From positions 1 to 64,000 of the forward strand of contig JBHGNT010000062.1 of assembly GCA_043228905.1 (NCBI GenBank): a stretch of DNA of 64,000 nucleotides, in the 5' to 3' direction. The position numbers and the translations under genes are program-made. Under the pieces are notes generated by a model. It searched no databases. It saw only the letters and a program-made list of their open reading frames with translations, and was not told the DNA's origin. Origin of the DNA: Azolla caroliniana. Its lineage: Eukaryota > Plantae > Polypodiophyta. Numbering within the stretch: the stretch's first letter is position 1; each line of letters opens with the position of its first letter. Positions 1 to 13,666 of this stretch are shown piece by piece.

Positions 1-607
1 CCAAAAATTTATTCGTGAGCATGTTGAGCTAAAAAAGAACATGCATGTATTCTTGTTTGCTCACGGACTCCATAGCTTATGAGGGGAGAGGAGAAGGAAG
101 AAGAGAACTTGTTAGGGTTTGTGGAAGACGAAGAAATGAAAGAAAATTTGGTTCAAACTGTCAAGAGAGAGAGAGGGGGGGGGGGGGGGGGGGGAAGAAA
201 GAAGAGATAGAGATATAATTGAAAAGGAATTATTATATTGAAGAGTAAATGGATTACAAAATTTAGGTTTGGGATGAGTGGTAGATCCCAATTTATAAGT
301 AATAGAGAACACTCTAGAATATTCTAGGTTATCCTAGAATGTAGAGTAATCCAGAAGATCTCTAGAGTATTCTAGAAGGTTCTAGTGTATAGAACACTCT
401 AGAATATTCTAGGTCATTCTAGAATGTAGAGTAATATAGAATATTCCTATGATATTAGATTTCATATTCTAAAAACTATACATACACGAATATTAATACA
501 ATGGCTAAGGATTTGACATGTATACAACAAGGTCATGGGTTCAAATACTTTCGAGGCATAACATGAGTGTCATGATCCTTTCGATGCATGTGAGTGTTAT
601 CATGACA
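1..607 (-). mobile_element. Partial LTR related to the self-priming gypsy (Tcn1-like) LTRs at 26160-26604 and 35417-35847
   Basis: Ends in CATGACA at 607 like the 26604 terminus. Shares GGTCATGGGTTCAAAT and the TCTAGA-rich tract. Minus-strand TATA at about 291-299. Left boundary not resolved. Confidence 0.5.
303..435. repeat. Imperfect ~47-bp direct repeat rich in TCTAGA, within the LTR
   Basis: AGAACACTCTAGAATATTCTAGGTyATyCTAGAATGTAGAGTAAT at about 305-350 and 391-435. Confidence 0.75.
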
Positions 608-880
608 TACACAGGAGAACTATGTTGTCCTTTTGGACAGAGATACGCCTCGATTTTCTACCTAACAAATGCGTGTTATCTAGGATATTCATATTAGCCG
701 ACTTGTACCTAGATATATACGTTACAACAAAACTTGTGCCTACGTATAAGGGCCAGTTCGCGCACCTTATTCTCTGATTCCGCCTAGGGACGGTTTTCTC
801 CACGACATCCGCCCCCACCTGACCGCGCATCCACCGATATGCGCATAAATAGACTCTTGCCAGAGAAGACCGGCCCGCGC

Positions 881-3800
881 TTACCCTTCGTCCTCCAGAT
901 TGCCATTCGCTCCGGGTCCGGTTCGTCCTCGTGCCGCTTTTATCCTTTTCCCAGCCACCGGTACTGCCATCCTCATCCCGTCAAGCTCCACGAGATGGTA
1001 GGTCCCGTTGTCGTTGGCGCTTGTCACCACGTAAGGACCGAACCACCTCCTTGCGAACTTCCGCATCGCCTTGTGCTTGTTATTGAGGTTGCTGTCATAT
1101 ACCAGAACCCAGTCGCCTTCCTCGATTTTCTTCGGCCTTAGTCGATGAGTCCGGTCGATGAGTCCCTTGTTCTTTACCCTCGTGGCCCGCATCTTTTCCG
1201 CGGCTTGTTCCACATCCTCTAGCCTTCACTCGAGTTGTCGGATCCGCGCTGCTAACAGCTCGTCCCAGCTCATCTTGTTTCTCCAGTCCACCGTGGCCCA
1301 TGAGGAGATCGTTTGCTCCATTGGCATGACTGGCTTCTACCCGTACATTAGCTCCGCCGGCATGAACCCGGTTACTGAACTGTGCGTAGTTCGGTCGGCC
1401 CACAACGCATAGGGTAAGAGTTGTGGCCAGTTCCTGACTTGGCCTCCACATGCCTGAACTAACGCTTTGACGATCGGCCCGTGTCCGCGTTCCACCTTCC
1501 TGTTCGACTCCGGATTGTATGCCGTGGTGAGCGAGAGTTTAACCCCTAGCCGGTCAAATAGTTCCTCAGCCTCTTCTGCGTCAAGTTCTCCGCGGTCGGC
1601 TACGATCTTTCCTACGCACCCGTACCGCCATACCACTTCTTCAATCAAAAATTGGCACACGACCGCGGTCGTTTTGTTCGGCAACGCTCGGCCTTCCACC
1701 TGGTTCGTTAGGTCCTCTCGAGCCAACACCAGATATCACATCTGCCCTACCCCCATCGGCATCGTAACCAGATCCACCATCCACTTGATATGGACGGTTG
1801 GAGGGTAGGTTGGGTGAAGCTCGTCCCGATGTCGGACTATGGAGTGCATCTGACAGCTTTCGCAAGCCGTCACGAACCGATGCACGTCCCGGTATAGTCA
1901 TGGCCACCAGTACTTCCCCTTCAACTTCTCGAATGTGGCCCACGTCCCGTGGTGCCCAGCCCAAGGACTTTCGTGGTACGCCGCCAACAATTCCTCATGT
2001 TCCTCTTTCTTCGCCACCACCCGGAGTGGAACGCCGTTTCTCTTCTTCGGGTGTTTCCATATGCACCCATGTCGTAGGAAGAATCGGTACAATTTCTTCC
2101 GAATCTGGTTGGTCTCTTCCTTCGTCCACGCCACGTCCGGTGTCGTTGTCTTTAGGAACCCGCTGATCTGGAGCCACTCCCCGCCGTACTTGCTCTCGTC
2201 GAACTCGTTAAGGGCCGGAGTGCTCCCCTTCCTTGTTGTTACGTAAGCCGACTCGAAGAAGTCCACGCCGACTTCTTCGTCCTCCGAAACCATGCCGTCC
2301 TCATCATCGAATCTTGCCCTCGAAAGCATGTCGGCCATGGCGTTGTCTTTTCCGGAAATGTGTCGTATTTCCGGATTCAGGGACTTGATGTACGCTATCC
2401 ACCTGAGCATAGCAAGCCCCGACGTTGCGCATCCGGAAACCATACCGAGAATCGACATGCAGTCTGTCTCAATTATCACCTCTGTCCCGATCAGGTAGTC
2501 TTTGTCGGCCTTGACCGCCGAAACGATACCCTAGAGTTCGCGTTTAACCTGGGAGTACCCTCGTTGTCGTTCACTGAGGACTTTTGCACCGAACCGAATG
2601 GGGAACCTCGTGCCGTTCTCATCGTCTTGGTTGATCACCCATCCGATTCTAGTCGGACTCGTGTCTACGGTCACGTAAATCGGAATGTCTTTACCGTAGA
2701 CTGCTTTCCGGAGTGCCGGTGCCGCAACAACTGCTTCTTTCATGATCCGGACCGACTCTGTATGCTCCTCTCTCCACTCGAATTTACGCCTTGTCTTCAG
2801 CAGTCCATAGAGCGGCTCCGCGACGAGGGCATAATGCAGGATCTAGAATGGTAGAACGCGCATGCTCCCAAGAATCTCCGGACTTCCGTGACCGAATTGC
2901 AGTCGCGCTTCATCGCGGAGATGGCCTCTACCTTGGCCAGCGACGGTTTCCGACCAAATGGCCTGCATAGGTGTCTGATGACCATGAGCTCCAATTGCCC
3001 GAAGGCCGATTTTTCCCCGGAGAAGGTGAGCCTCGCGCCTTCTAGTCTTCGTAGCACCTTCTCGCAGTCATTGATGTGGTCCGCCACGAATTTCCGATGA
3101 CCGTCCGGTCCGATTGTCTCGTCCTTATCCTCCACCGGGCATCCTTTGATCGGGATGTCGTCTAAGAACGGCATGGTAACGTCCGGGATATAATCCCTTA
3201 GCACCTTGTTCATTGCGTTCACCATGTGGGCTACCGAGTTCGTGCCTCCTTGCGGAAGGGTACACATCCATACTAGGCCGAGGGGAGTCCGCATCGTCGT
3301 AATTTCCCCGCTCTCCACGCCTAGCTGGAATTGATGGTATCCTGAGTACAGATCACCTACCGAGTAAATTGACCTTCCGGCGAAGGCCTCTGCGAACTCG
3401 TCTATGGTCAGTCCGATTCCTGCGTTTTGAATGGTCACCTTGTTGATCGGCTATAGGTCCCGAATGAAGCACAACGTGCCGTTCTTCTTGGGCATAGTAA
3501 ACCACTTATTAGAATACGGGGAACTCGACGGTTCGAGGATGCCCATATCCACCTTCTGTTTCAGCAGCTCCATCAACTTCGGGATGTGAGGTATGGGTAC
3601 AGGAATCGGTTTGAGATTGCACGGTACATGCGGTACCGTAGAGATAACCATCGGTTCCACAATCGTCGGGTTTACGCACCCGATCTCCTCTGGCGAGAAT
3701 GCGAAGGCTTTTCCGTGCCTCCCGAGCATTCTCCGAAACCGGTTCTCCTCTGCCGGCAGTAGAAAGCCACCCCCCCGACCTTGAGCTCCCGTAGCGTTAT

Positions 3801-5786
3801 GTCGGTGAATCGGTGTACTATGCCAGCTGGATCTCGTAAACTTGGGTCTAACGTGACCCCCTTCATTCGTAACTCACTGCCCTCCGGCAAGGGTGCCGCG
3901 ACTGGCCTCACCTTCCGGTCCACAGTCTTGTACTTCGTATCCACTCGGGCCGTCCGATCCGACTCGAGTCCTCTACCGAAGTCGGCGACGACTTCGTACA
4001 TCTTTTCTGTACAGACCGGAATTGTCCAGTCTCCACTAAGGCCCTCTCCGAACACCTCCCGTAGCTTCCCCAAGGTGTCGTCGAAAGAGACTGCCTCCAC
4101 GGCTTCGTTGATGTCCTCTCCGGAGCTGAGGACTCCGTATGCCCTGAGTCGCTCTTCTGTCCGTTTCTTCTCCCAGCCAACGACGCCGGCTACTGTACAA
4201 CCTCTATTGTCGGAGAACCAAAACTTCCTACCTATGTTACAAGTTCTTTTGCCTACTGTACACGTGTGGGGTTTTTCCGGAGTGTCCGGACTATCACGGC
4301 CGCCGAGGGTCTCTCGGTTTCGTTCATGGTTCGGTCATACCGTCAGAAACTGGACAAAGTGACGCCCATCCTGGCTCTTGACTCGCGCGTATGCCGACCC
4401 GTTGTCGAGCTCCTTCGTCTCCATTTGTGCCGTTGTGATGTATGGTTCCCCGAGTATCACCGGATGCGATGATGTCTCCTGCACAAAGAAGTGTTGATCG
4501 ATCTTGACATCACCGATTTTCACTCGTACATTCGAGCCGGCTCCGTGTAGCTCCTTTGTGGCGCGCGTCGCCGCTTGTATTTTCCACCCATGCTTGGTGT
4601 TGATTGGCTACTTGCCCTTCCTGTAAAAGTCCATGGACATGAAGTTGATTTCCGAACCATGGTCTACCAACGCGACCACTGGCTCCTAAACATCTTTGAT
4701 CTTAACGGAGGTCTTCGTAGTGGCTCTGGCCCAATGTAGCCTTGAATAGTGGCTTTCTGCCAACTCGTCTTCCAGGGCCATGTCTTCTAGGTGCGTCATT
4801 CGCACCTCCACCGGCTTCTCCGGCTCCGGCTCTGTCAAAATCCTCTTCCGCTTCATCAAGTCTACGATGGAGTCGTGGAACTCCTTTTTGGCGATACCAA
4901 GCACTTCCCTCAGCGACAACTCCACTTTGCTGTCGAGGATCCATTCCTCCAGGACCTTTCGTAGGTCTGTGGTCCTTCCGATATTTGTGCTCAACCGGTA
5001 ACTGGCCTTCTTGGCCTTGTCTGGTGCGCCGGATGCACCGGCATCATTCTGCCTCAGCCCGAACCGGGTCTCATACCGTTGTGAGGGTCCAGCCCCTCCG
5101 GTCTTTCCCGCACGCTTCTCTTCCACCAGAACCTCGTAGTTTTGGCACGCGGCTTCTACGAAGCCCGTCCCACCCGTCTTTCCTCGCGGTCCGCTTCCTC
5201 TTTCCTCAATCGTACGCCGGCGAGGCCTTCTAGCATCAACGGCCAGAACCCGGAGTCCTTCGTCTTCCGGACTTTGTCGCTCCCGACCCGGATTCCCGCC
5301 GACGCCGAGTAGTGGACAATCTCCGCGTGGCGAGCCACCGCTTCATTTCCCCCCCCACGTGGTGAAGTGTTCTTCAAACTCCCAGAGGAGCACCGACGTG
5401 TTTCTCCCCTTTTCGGGGGTCTCCACCCATTCCATGATGTCCCACTTCAATAGCCGAAGCGCATCATCAAGCCTGTATTTCTCAAGGAGTCGACCTTCAA
5501 ATTCTTCCCAGGTCCGGCCCTCAGCCCGTACCTCGAGCACCTCCACATGGATGCTCGGCATTGCCACCCGAGGGAATCCAGCCAGTCGCCTGTCCTCCAG
5601 AATGTCCCTCATCACCAATTCGTCTCAATAGGCCTCCAAATAGCTTGTGGCGTCCTTTCCACCAAACCGGCCTATCGTGCCGACGATCACTTCAATGGCC
5701 CTATCGAGGGCACCTGTGCCTTCGTGCACACTCACTATTTGATCCACAGCTGAAGCCATGGCTTCTGCAAGCTCCGATCCCCTCAT
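881..5786 (-). pseudogene. Disrupted gag-pro and pol (RT-RH-IN) of the G1 copy
   Basis: ORF fragments 881-1213, 1337-1729, 1898-2479, 2531-2743, 2797-3438, 3451-3729, 4335-4523, 4686-5126 and 5343-5618 are colinear with G1b. Deletions in gag (~5350) and across the gag/pol junction (~4300). Confidence 0.9.
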
Positions 5787-5808
5787 CTTTCTATTCCTCT
5801 GCCGCCTA

Positions 5809-5826
5809 TTCACATCGGGTTCACCA
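5809..5826 (-). promoter_or_regulatory. Primer-binding site, tRNA-Trp
   Basis: Minus strand TGGTGAACCCGATGTGAA, one mismatch from the complement of the plant tRNA-Trp 3' end as I recall it. Confidence 0.75.
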
Positions 5827-6258
5827 AATATGTCTCGTTATTATGTGTGTGTGTGTGTAGAATGAGGCAGAACCACGGGGGTCTTGGTCCAAGGAACAAG
5901 AGAGCAGGAGGGGGAGCAAGAAAGACAATGACCGTGCTTTGCACAGGCACAAATACATAAAAACCGCAACTGATTGAGATAAGATGAATGTGTGTATGGG
6001 TATGTATATATATCAGATAAAAGGGGTTACAACCGGCGGGCCGGTGAGCGACAAGCTCTGCCACCTGCACGCACACGCACACACGCACACAGACGCGAGA
6101 TGGAGACTCGGCCGGAAGCACTCAGGCGTTCCGTGGAGCAGAGTCAGCCTCCCGAAAACCTGCACAGAGAAAATACAGAGAAAGACGAAGGACAAGAGCT
6201 CGGTCTCAGTCCGACAACACTTCGTCCTCAACAAAAGAGATCCCCATTACGATTCCTC

Positions 6259-7186
6259 AAGTTGAGCCCGAAGAAAAAGGCAGAGAAGTCGGATATGATG
6301 AAGATATCATATGCCTCTGCCATCGGAAGCTTGATGTAGGCGATGGTGTGCACCCGACCAAATGTCGGATATGCAATCGGAGTGGTCAGCCAGTTTATGA
6401 GCAATCCGGGAAGAGAACACTGGAACGCGGTCAAGTCGATACTCCAGTACTTGAAAGGCACCTCAAGTATGTGCCTCCGATTCGGCAGAGGTAAAACCCA
6501 ACTAGAAGGCTTTACGGATGTGGATACCAGTCGGTCCACATCCGGATACGTCATGACATATGCAGGGGGAGCCGTATCGTGACAGTTGAGGCTGCAGAAG
6601 TCTGTTGCACATTCAACAAGGGAAACAGAGTACATGGCAGATGTGGAAGATCGCAACGAAGTAATCTGGATGAAGAACTTCATCGGAGAGCTAGGGATCC
6701 GACTGGAGGAATACCGGCTCTACTGCGACAACCAAAGCGCCATCCACCTTGCTAAGAACATGGCCTACCATTCCTGGACCAAGCACATCCAGATAAGATA
6801 TCACTAGCTCCGGGAGAAGGTAGAAGATGAAGACCTCGCGCTTACGAAGATCACCATGGAGGAGAACGGAGCTGACAAACTGGACACATGCCGGAGAAGT
6901 ATTGGACTAACGAGAAATCCCATGCAAGAGTGAAGGGGGAGTTTGTAGGGAATTCAGTTCCCTCCGGAGGAGCCGAAGGAAGGAACCAGACTGAATGCAG
7001 CAACTGAACCGAACTGGAAGGGGTATCCAGATGGATCCGATGTGTGAACCGGATCTAGGGACATGTCTGCAAATATGTTTCAAGTGTGCCTATAAAGGCT
7101 ATATTTCTAAATAGTCCTAAAGTCATATAACTATAATTATGACTTAGGGCAATCACTTTAGAGTGTGAGTGATTATCATTCTATTG

Positions 7187-7231
<45 letters not shown>

Positions 7232-7449
7232 TGTTGTAATCGCCTGTTGGCAAAGATATAGAACTCGAGGTCGTTGCCTCTGAGTCTTCTGTTGTACCTC
7301 CTTCTTGTATAATGATAGTTGGAGTCAGTGGGCTCCTGTGGTTTTTCCCTGTTAGGATTTTCCATGTAAACATCTTGCGTCATCTATTTTTCCTTTGTTC
7401 TCCCATCAAGTGTTTGAGGCTCGGTTGTGGCCGAGCGCTATTCTGCACA
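6259..7449 (+). mobile_element. Ty1/copia (Tork/Tnt1-like) 3' fragment: RT end, RNase H, PPT and 3' LTR
   Basis: YASAIGSLM..VCTRP..GGAVS..TKHIQIRYH. PPT GAGTGAAGGGGGAG at about 6928-6941. LTR begins TGTAGGG at 6944. Right end approximate. Confidence 0.85.
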
Positions 7450-8082
7450 AGTTAGTGAGTTAGATACTCTAGGGTAGTTATAGTTAGAATTAAATATGTG
7501 ATTAGCAATTATTGGTGATAGTAATTACATCGCAGTTGTATTCAATGCATGTAATCATAAGTCAGCAATAATTGGACATTATTGATTGGATTAGTACATA
7601 ATAGTTTGATTATGATTACCAATATATGATTATGAACTTATGATTGAAGTGAAATAAATAAAGGTAAAAAGTAATATACTTCCCTCTTTCCCACATGGGG
7701 GATAGGAATTCTATTCAGATGTGGGGAATGACATTTTTAAATGATTATGATCTTCATTAATGAATAAATGATTGAGATTAGACTTACATATTTATGACTC
7801 TCTAATGATTTTGAATATAGACTATATGTATAGAAATACAAATAGATTTTTTATATAATACACATTTTGGGATATAAACAATAATATTGTATAAAGTAAA
7901 ATTTATGTATATGATAATGACTAGTGTGTACATATATTAATATAATGTATGAAATATACTTTATGTAATAATAATAATATCTGTTTTTATTGGACTTTAG
8001 ATTGAGGGAGGTTATGTGTATAGAGGCACTTATCATTTGTTTCAATCCCTTATATTAGCCTAAGCACATGATTTAGAGAGCT

Positions 8083-9737
8083 ATGTTTGGATCTTACGCC
8101 ATGAGTGAAAACTCACCATTTTCGGTTGAATATTGTTTGTCAAGAGAATCATCGTTTTCGCTTGAAAAGTATTCTTTGTCGATAGAAGCATCATTTTCTG
8201 TCGAAGAATATTGTTTGAGCTCATCTTCTCATATACCTCATGTGAATAACGACTCATGTGAAGTGTTCTCGGTCGAAGAATATGAGTACAATAAAGATAC
8301 AGACAATGAAGGTAATGCTAATGAAATATCGAAGATCATGGGGGATCAAGCTAACAACAACATAATTGTCTCTAATGTGGTTACACCTATTTCTAGTGAA
8401 GCCCTATGCAAATCAGCAGAATCCCACGTAGAATACGTCAGGCAAGATTTAACTTGGTGACATCAGATAAGCAACTTGCATTTGATGTCAACAAAACATG
8501 GTGTGCCCGTGGTTTGTATGTCTATGATTGGAAAGGCAAAGTTGCATGAATTAAGCCGTTACTATTTTTCGATGACTGGTGATGAGCAAGACACTTACCT
8601 CGGATCACATATGCAATTGGTGTCTGACAATTCTTCAAGGATCAAAGTATCATTCGAGTATTATTTCTTTCATCTGCAACAAATATGTAGAGTTGCATTG
8701 AAAATTGCGCTTTGTGTTAGTAACATGCGGCTCCATAGAGTACAAAAATGTCTTCTTAGTGGGGATGACATTGTCAATTGTAAAGATGTTCCAAGTATAA
8801 AAGGTGCAATTAGAAGGCATGCTATTGGTTGGATGAGAATTTACTTCAAGTTAAATTGTGAAGTAATGCCTACTATAGGGAGGATGCACCTCTCTGATAA
8901 TTACACACTTCGGGAAGTTTATGATGTCTATCGATCATAAATGCTATTATCAAGTGATAAAAACGTCACATACAACCAGTTCACAAGATTGTGGAGAACA
9001 TGGTTTTCAAATGTTATTATTCTGTGTCCAAAGTACGCATGGGGTATTGTTCGATTTGTGTAAACCTTAAATGTATGGCTAAAGGTGCGAAGACAACAAC
9101 GAAAAAGGATATGAGTAAGAAGTTACTATAGGAGCATGTTTATAGTGATTAGAAAGGAATTATTGACAATTGTGTATCTAGTGATAATTTGACTTTGGAA
9201 ATGCCATTCACATGGTCGCTACAACATGATCGTGTAAATAAATCTCTGGAGCAAGCAACCAATGCAATTAATGAAAGTTTGGTTTATCCACAACAAAGAG
9301 ACATTTATGTGGGACCAAGGATGACCAAAGCAGCTATAGCTAGATGGCAAGGCAATTTGAAAGAGCTCGTGGTGGGGATGTTGATTGCAACACCTGCTAA
9401 TGACAACGACCAATACCACCAATTTTGGATTGGTAAAATTCTAGAAGTGCTGATGCATGAAATAGAAAACACGATCAAGTGTATAAAAGTGCATTGGTAC
9501 AACACTAGAAGTCCAAATGCCTTTACAGGTAAGTATACATTGGAGATGATGGAATGCCTGACGACAAGGGGAAGTAGGAAGAGGAAGCGAAACATTCGTA
9601 ACACCTCGACCCTTGATATCTCTAATGTGGATATCATCATGTATGACATCACGCTTACAAAAGCTGGACGTTTAAGGAAGTCAACAATAGATATAATAAA
9701 AGAAAAATTACCAGGTCTAGAAGGTGGTTCAAGTTGA
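8083..9737 (+). pseudogene. Probable DNA-transposase relic (Sola/DUF7869-like N-terminal region plus C-terminal domain; catalytic core apparently deleted)
   Basis: GWMRIYF..CEVMP..MHLSDNYT..EVYDVY..FTRLW..FSNVII..RMGYCSIC..EH, read through stops and a frameshift, then FWIGKI..IKVHWY. Family assignment is from remembered motifs, not a search. Confidence 0.45.
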
Positions 9738-10239
9738 AGGCAAACGAGATCTGTTGCACATAATCTAGAGTCACACCATTTGGTTTATGATGAAGATAAT
9801 GCATTAATTGGTACATCCGAGGATGACGAGGAGGAATCCGAGTCATTGTATATTAGCTATAGTAGTGATTCTCCGTAAAGGAGTGATCATGAATGTATTT
9901 TTGGCTATTAAGTGTAACTATCTTCCACTTGTAACAAATCGAGTAATATAAAAGCATGTGTTTTGAATTCTTTCGATTCCTCAGAATATCATTTCCTATA
10001 AAAAACATTGGTTGTAAAGTTTGTGATATAAATTGAGAATGTAATTTTTTGAATTTCAACTTCTTCTTTTTTTAAATCACGAAATGGTGTATTTTTAACC
10101 TTTTTCATAGTATATTTGAGAATGTATGATATTGGTATCAATGTGTTTTGTATTATCACTAAAAAAGTACTAAAATGATACAAAATATTGCTTATCCTTC
10201 CATTTATGCACGATCCTTCCACTTGTGAACGCGAACATG

Positions 10240-11545
10240 TTGACTCGGTTGAAAAATTATGGACTAAACTAGGTAGTACCTATGAAAAAGAGACTACGTC
10301 AAAGAAAGTTTATCTAATGAGAAAACTCTATGATCTTCGCAAAACGGATACTGGCAATGATTTCTCTCATTTGAATGACTTAGATGTAATATGGTCCCAA
10401 CTACAGGCTCAAAAAATATAAACAATGAGCTTAAATGTGTCTTTCTCTTATGCACTATGATTGCCTCATGGAGCACATTTTGCATTGTTGATAGAAATTA
10501 GTGCACCACATGGAAAAAAAGTCTATAATGAAATATGTGGAGCGCTATTGAGTGATTTAGAAATTTGTAGGAAATCTATGGCTACATCACATAATGAAAT
10601 GCATATAGTGTGTATGAGGTTGGTGCTCTCAAGAACCAACAATGTGGTAGGAGACAAACAAGGAACACTAGTAGAAAAATAGAGGTAGAAGCAAGTCTAG
10701 GAAGAAAAACATAGAGTGTCATTATTGCTATAAGAAGGGACACCTCAAGATAGATTGTTATGCCTTGAAAAATAAGGAAAAGGATAATGCTAAATCCAAA
10801 GGTGATGGGCATGCAAGACAATCTAGTGGTCCCTCTTCCTTAGTGGAAATCGAGGAAATAAATGCAACATGTGATGAGATAGACATTTTAGATTTTAGTC
10901 TTAGATGATGTTACTAGACATGTTGGGGTGAATATGGTTTTTCCTCCCTCCCATACATGGTTATTGGATTCCGGTGCATCATTTCATGCGACTCCACATG
11001 GTGAGTTGTTCACATGTTATTAAGCCAAGTTACTTAGCAAGGTTAGACTTGGAGACTCACATTTGTGTGATATGATTGGTATTGGAGATATCTCAGTGCA
11101 TTTAAGTGATGGTTCTGATGTCATCATGAATTATGTATGCCATGTTCTCCAACTAACTCATAGTTTAATGTTTGTTGGTGAGCTTAATGAGAGGGGCTAT
11201 AAAGTAATATTTGATGAATCCCAATCCCATCGTATAACGAAAGGAAATATAATTATTGGAAAAGGGAATAAATTTGGTTCCCTCTACCCACTATTCGTTC
11301 ATAAGAAGGAACATCTTTTGGTTGTCATAGACCAACCTATGATGGATATTTGGCATGGAAGTTTAGGCCACATGTCACCAAATGGCATGGCAATTCTTTC
11401 CCTCAAGCCACTTACCTAAGTTGTCATTTTCTAATTTTGCATTTTGTGAACATTGTCAACATGGTAAGCAAACTAGAAATGCACATAAGACCCATGTTAA
11501 CTCATCCACTATACCATTGGATCTTGTTCACATGGATGTTTGTTG
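10240..11545 (+). pseudogene. Old AT-rich Ty1/copia remnant (gag, zinc knuckle, protease, start of integrase)
   Basis: LWTKLGSTYEK..KVYLMRKLYDL, WLLDSGASFH (~10958), WHGSLGHMS, CEHCQHGKQ, LDLVHMDVC. Confidence 0.85.
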
Positions 11546-11699
11546 AACTATTTCATTTCTTTGAAGGATCTCGAAATTCCAGGTGGAGAAATAAGTAGGA
11601 AGAACGTAAATTTAAATATGATCCTTAGAGATCGGTACTAGACGATGACAAAAATAAAAACACAAATTTCCTGTCTTCATCTCAAAACTTCCTATATAG

Positions 11700-12760
11700 A
11701 AAAACAACAATTAGCAACTTGAATAACATAAATTATAGAGTCCGGAGTAGCAAAATGACTCTCCTTTTCAAACAACTGAAGTTATGGGTAGTAGTTGAGG
11801 GCACAGAGACACAACTCAACACGTCAGACCCGAACTACCCTGCATGGGAAGAAAAAGATCTAGTAGCAAGGCCAGAAATAATGTCGAATCTAGAAGACCA
11901 ACAAGTTGACGCGATCAGAAATTGTTGCACTGCAAACACCATGTGGATAGACTTGAAGAATAAATTCGAACCAACTATAGACAGAAATCAAGTCATGACT
12001 CTAAAATCATTTTAATTTTAAAGATGCAAGAAGAAGAAGATGTGTGTGCATTTATAAACTCATGGAAATGCAAACTAGAGGACTATCTTACATTAGTAGT
12101 CGAAATAGAACCAAAGTTGCAAAGACTCCTCCTATTAGGTGCATTGCCACCATCATGGAGCACTTTCGTGACCACCCAAAATTTCAACACAAACGCAACT
12201 CTCATTGACCTCAAAGAAAATTTCGTTTACTATATAAGAGAAGAAGAGGCAATGAAAAAGGCACGCCGACCGGAACTAACACAACACACATTAGCAATGA
12301 TAGCATACCGTAGCAAACAACCCTATCAAAATCAAAGAACGGAATACAAGCCTAGAAACTACCTAGAACAAGCCCACTTAGCTGAAGAAATTTCAGAAGA
12401 TGAGTCATACCCAACATAAACAAACGATGAAAAAATAGACGACGGTTATGATGACCTCATGGAAGGCTTTCTTGCAGAAGCTTTAACTGCAGAAATCAGA
12501 CAACACTTGCTACTTTAATACCGGTGCCACCCATCACATGAAAAATAATAGGCAATCCATAAAAAATTATAAACCCTTACCAGTACCAATCCCCATTGTG
12601 TTTGATAATAATGGTAGGCTAAATGCTTAATAAGTTTAGGAAAAGGGGATATAAACCTTCTCCTTGAAGACAATCAACTTCTCACCATAGACAATGTTTA
12701 TTTTGTTCCTGCAATTACAAACAACCTACTAGATCAGTCTGTCAAGCAGCGAAAAATGGT
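11700..12760 (+). pseudogene. Second old Ty1/copia remnant (gag and protease), different family
   Basis: NYRVRSSKM..LWVVVEG, LLLGALPPSWSTFV, degenerate protease FNTGATHHM, DNVYFVPAITNNLL. Confidence 0.78.
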
Positions 12761-13666
12761 AAATTGTACCTCTATAAAGTTCAAAGAAACATAAGAACAT
12801 TGGGACATTTGAAACAAGTAATATGTCACATTCCCTTATTGATAATTACGTGAGAGGTCAAGAATTACCTTTTTGTACCAAACTTTTAAGAACATATCGC
12901 GCATGCATACATGATTTTTAAAGACACCACTAAAAAATGCAATTAATATTTTGATGATTAAAAATTAAACCAACATTTTTTTAATTCAAAAATACAAATT
13001 TATCCAATTCTTAGATAAGATGATGAGAATGCATGCAATTATAATTGTAATATGCTTCATTGTACAGAATGTTAAATTCTATTACAACTTAACAAATTTG
13101 GAAATGCAATTATGTTTGTATATTTGTCTCTAAAACTTATAAATATTGATCTGTCGAGTTTGTAAATACGGTTTAAGGATATAATTAGAAAAATATTCGT
13201 AAAAGAAAATCTCACGAGATACCACACATGTAGAAAAACCACTATGCAAATTATATGTCAATCATGTGAACAAACGTGAACGCATAATCATATGAGCTAC
13301 CATCTTGACTTAATATCATTGTATTTACTCAAAACTAGTTTACCAAGAATTATGACAACAGAAATCATATTAATAGGATACCAAATATACTTAAACACTA
13401 CATTCAATTATCTTAACTAAGAAATAATAATATCCAACATTTTTCATACAATCGATAAGTTAAAAGCATATGTTCAATGGAAATTATACTTAACCATATA
13501 CTCTACAAGTCAACATTTGTAACATACGATAGACACACTGAGTTAGATACACCAATAGGATAGAGTAAAGACAAAATGTTACTCCAAGATTATACTCAAA
13601 CTAAAAGTTCTTACAATTCAAAATATTGTGTTAGTTACAAATACAAAGCAATATACAATTCATTCC

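Larger units (their letters stand above)
620..6258 (-). mobile_element. Ty3/gypsy family G1, degenerate copy with both LTRs truncated
   Basis: 3' LTR remnant ends CACGACA at 807, followed by the PPT complement. Minus-strand fragments of IN (RWFGPYVV), RNase H (DTSP..IETDC..ADMLSR), RT (GDLYSGY..FLDD), protease and Gag. PBS at 5809-5826. The 5' LTR starts at 5831 and is cut near 6258. Confidence 0.92.

Noticed and set aside
175-194. Poly-G runs (also 29682-29695) as G-quadruplex signals
   Set aside because: The 29682 run is much shorter in other G1 copies, consistent with slippage or homopolymer sequencing error. No evidence of function for either run.
12780-13660. AT-rich spacer as MITE or host promoter
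   Set aside because: No terminal inverted repeats, TSD or ORF that I can support.
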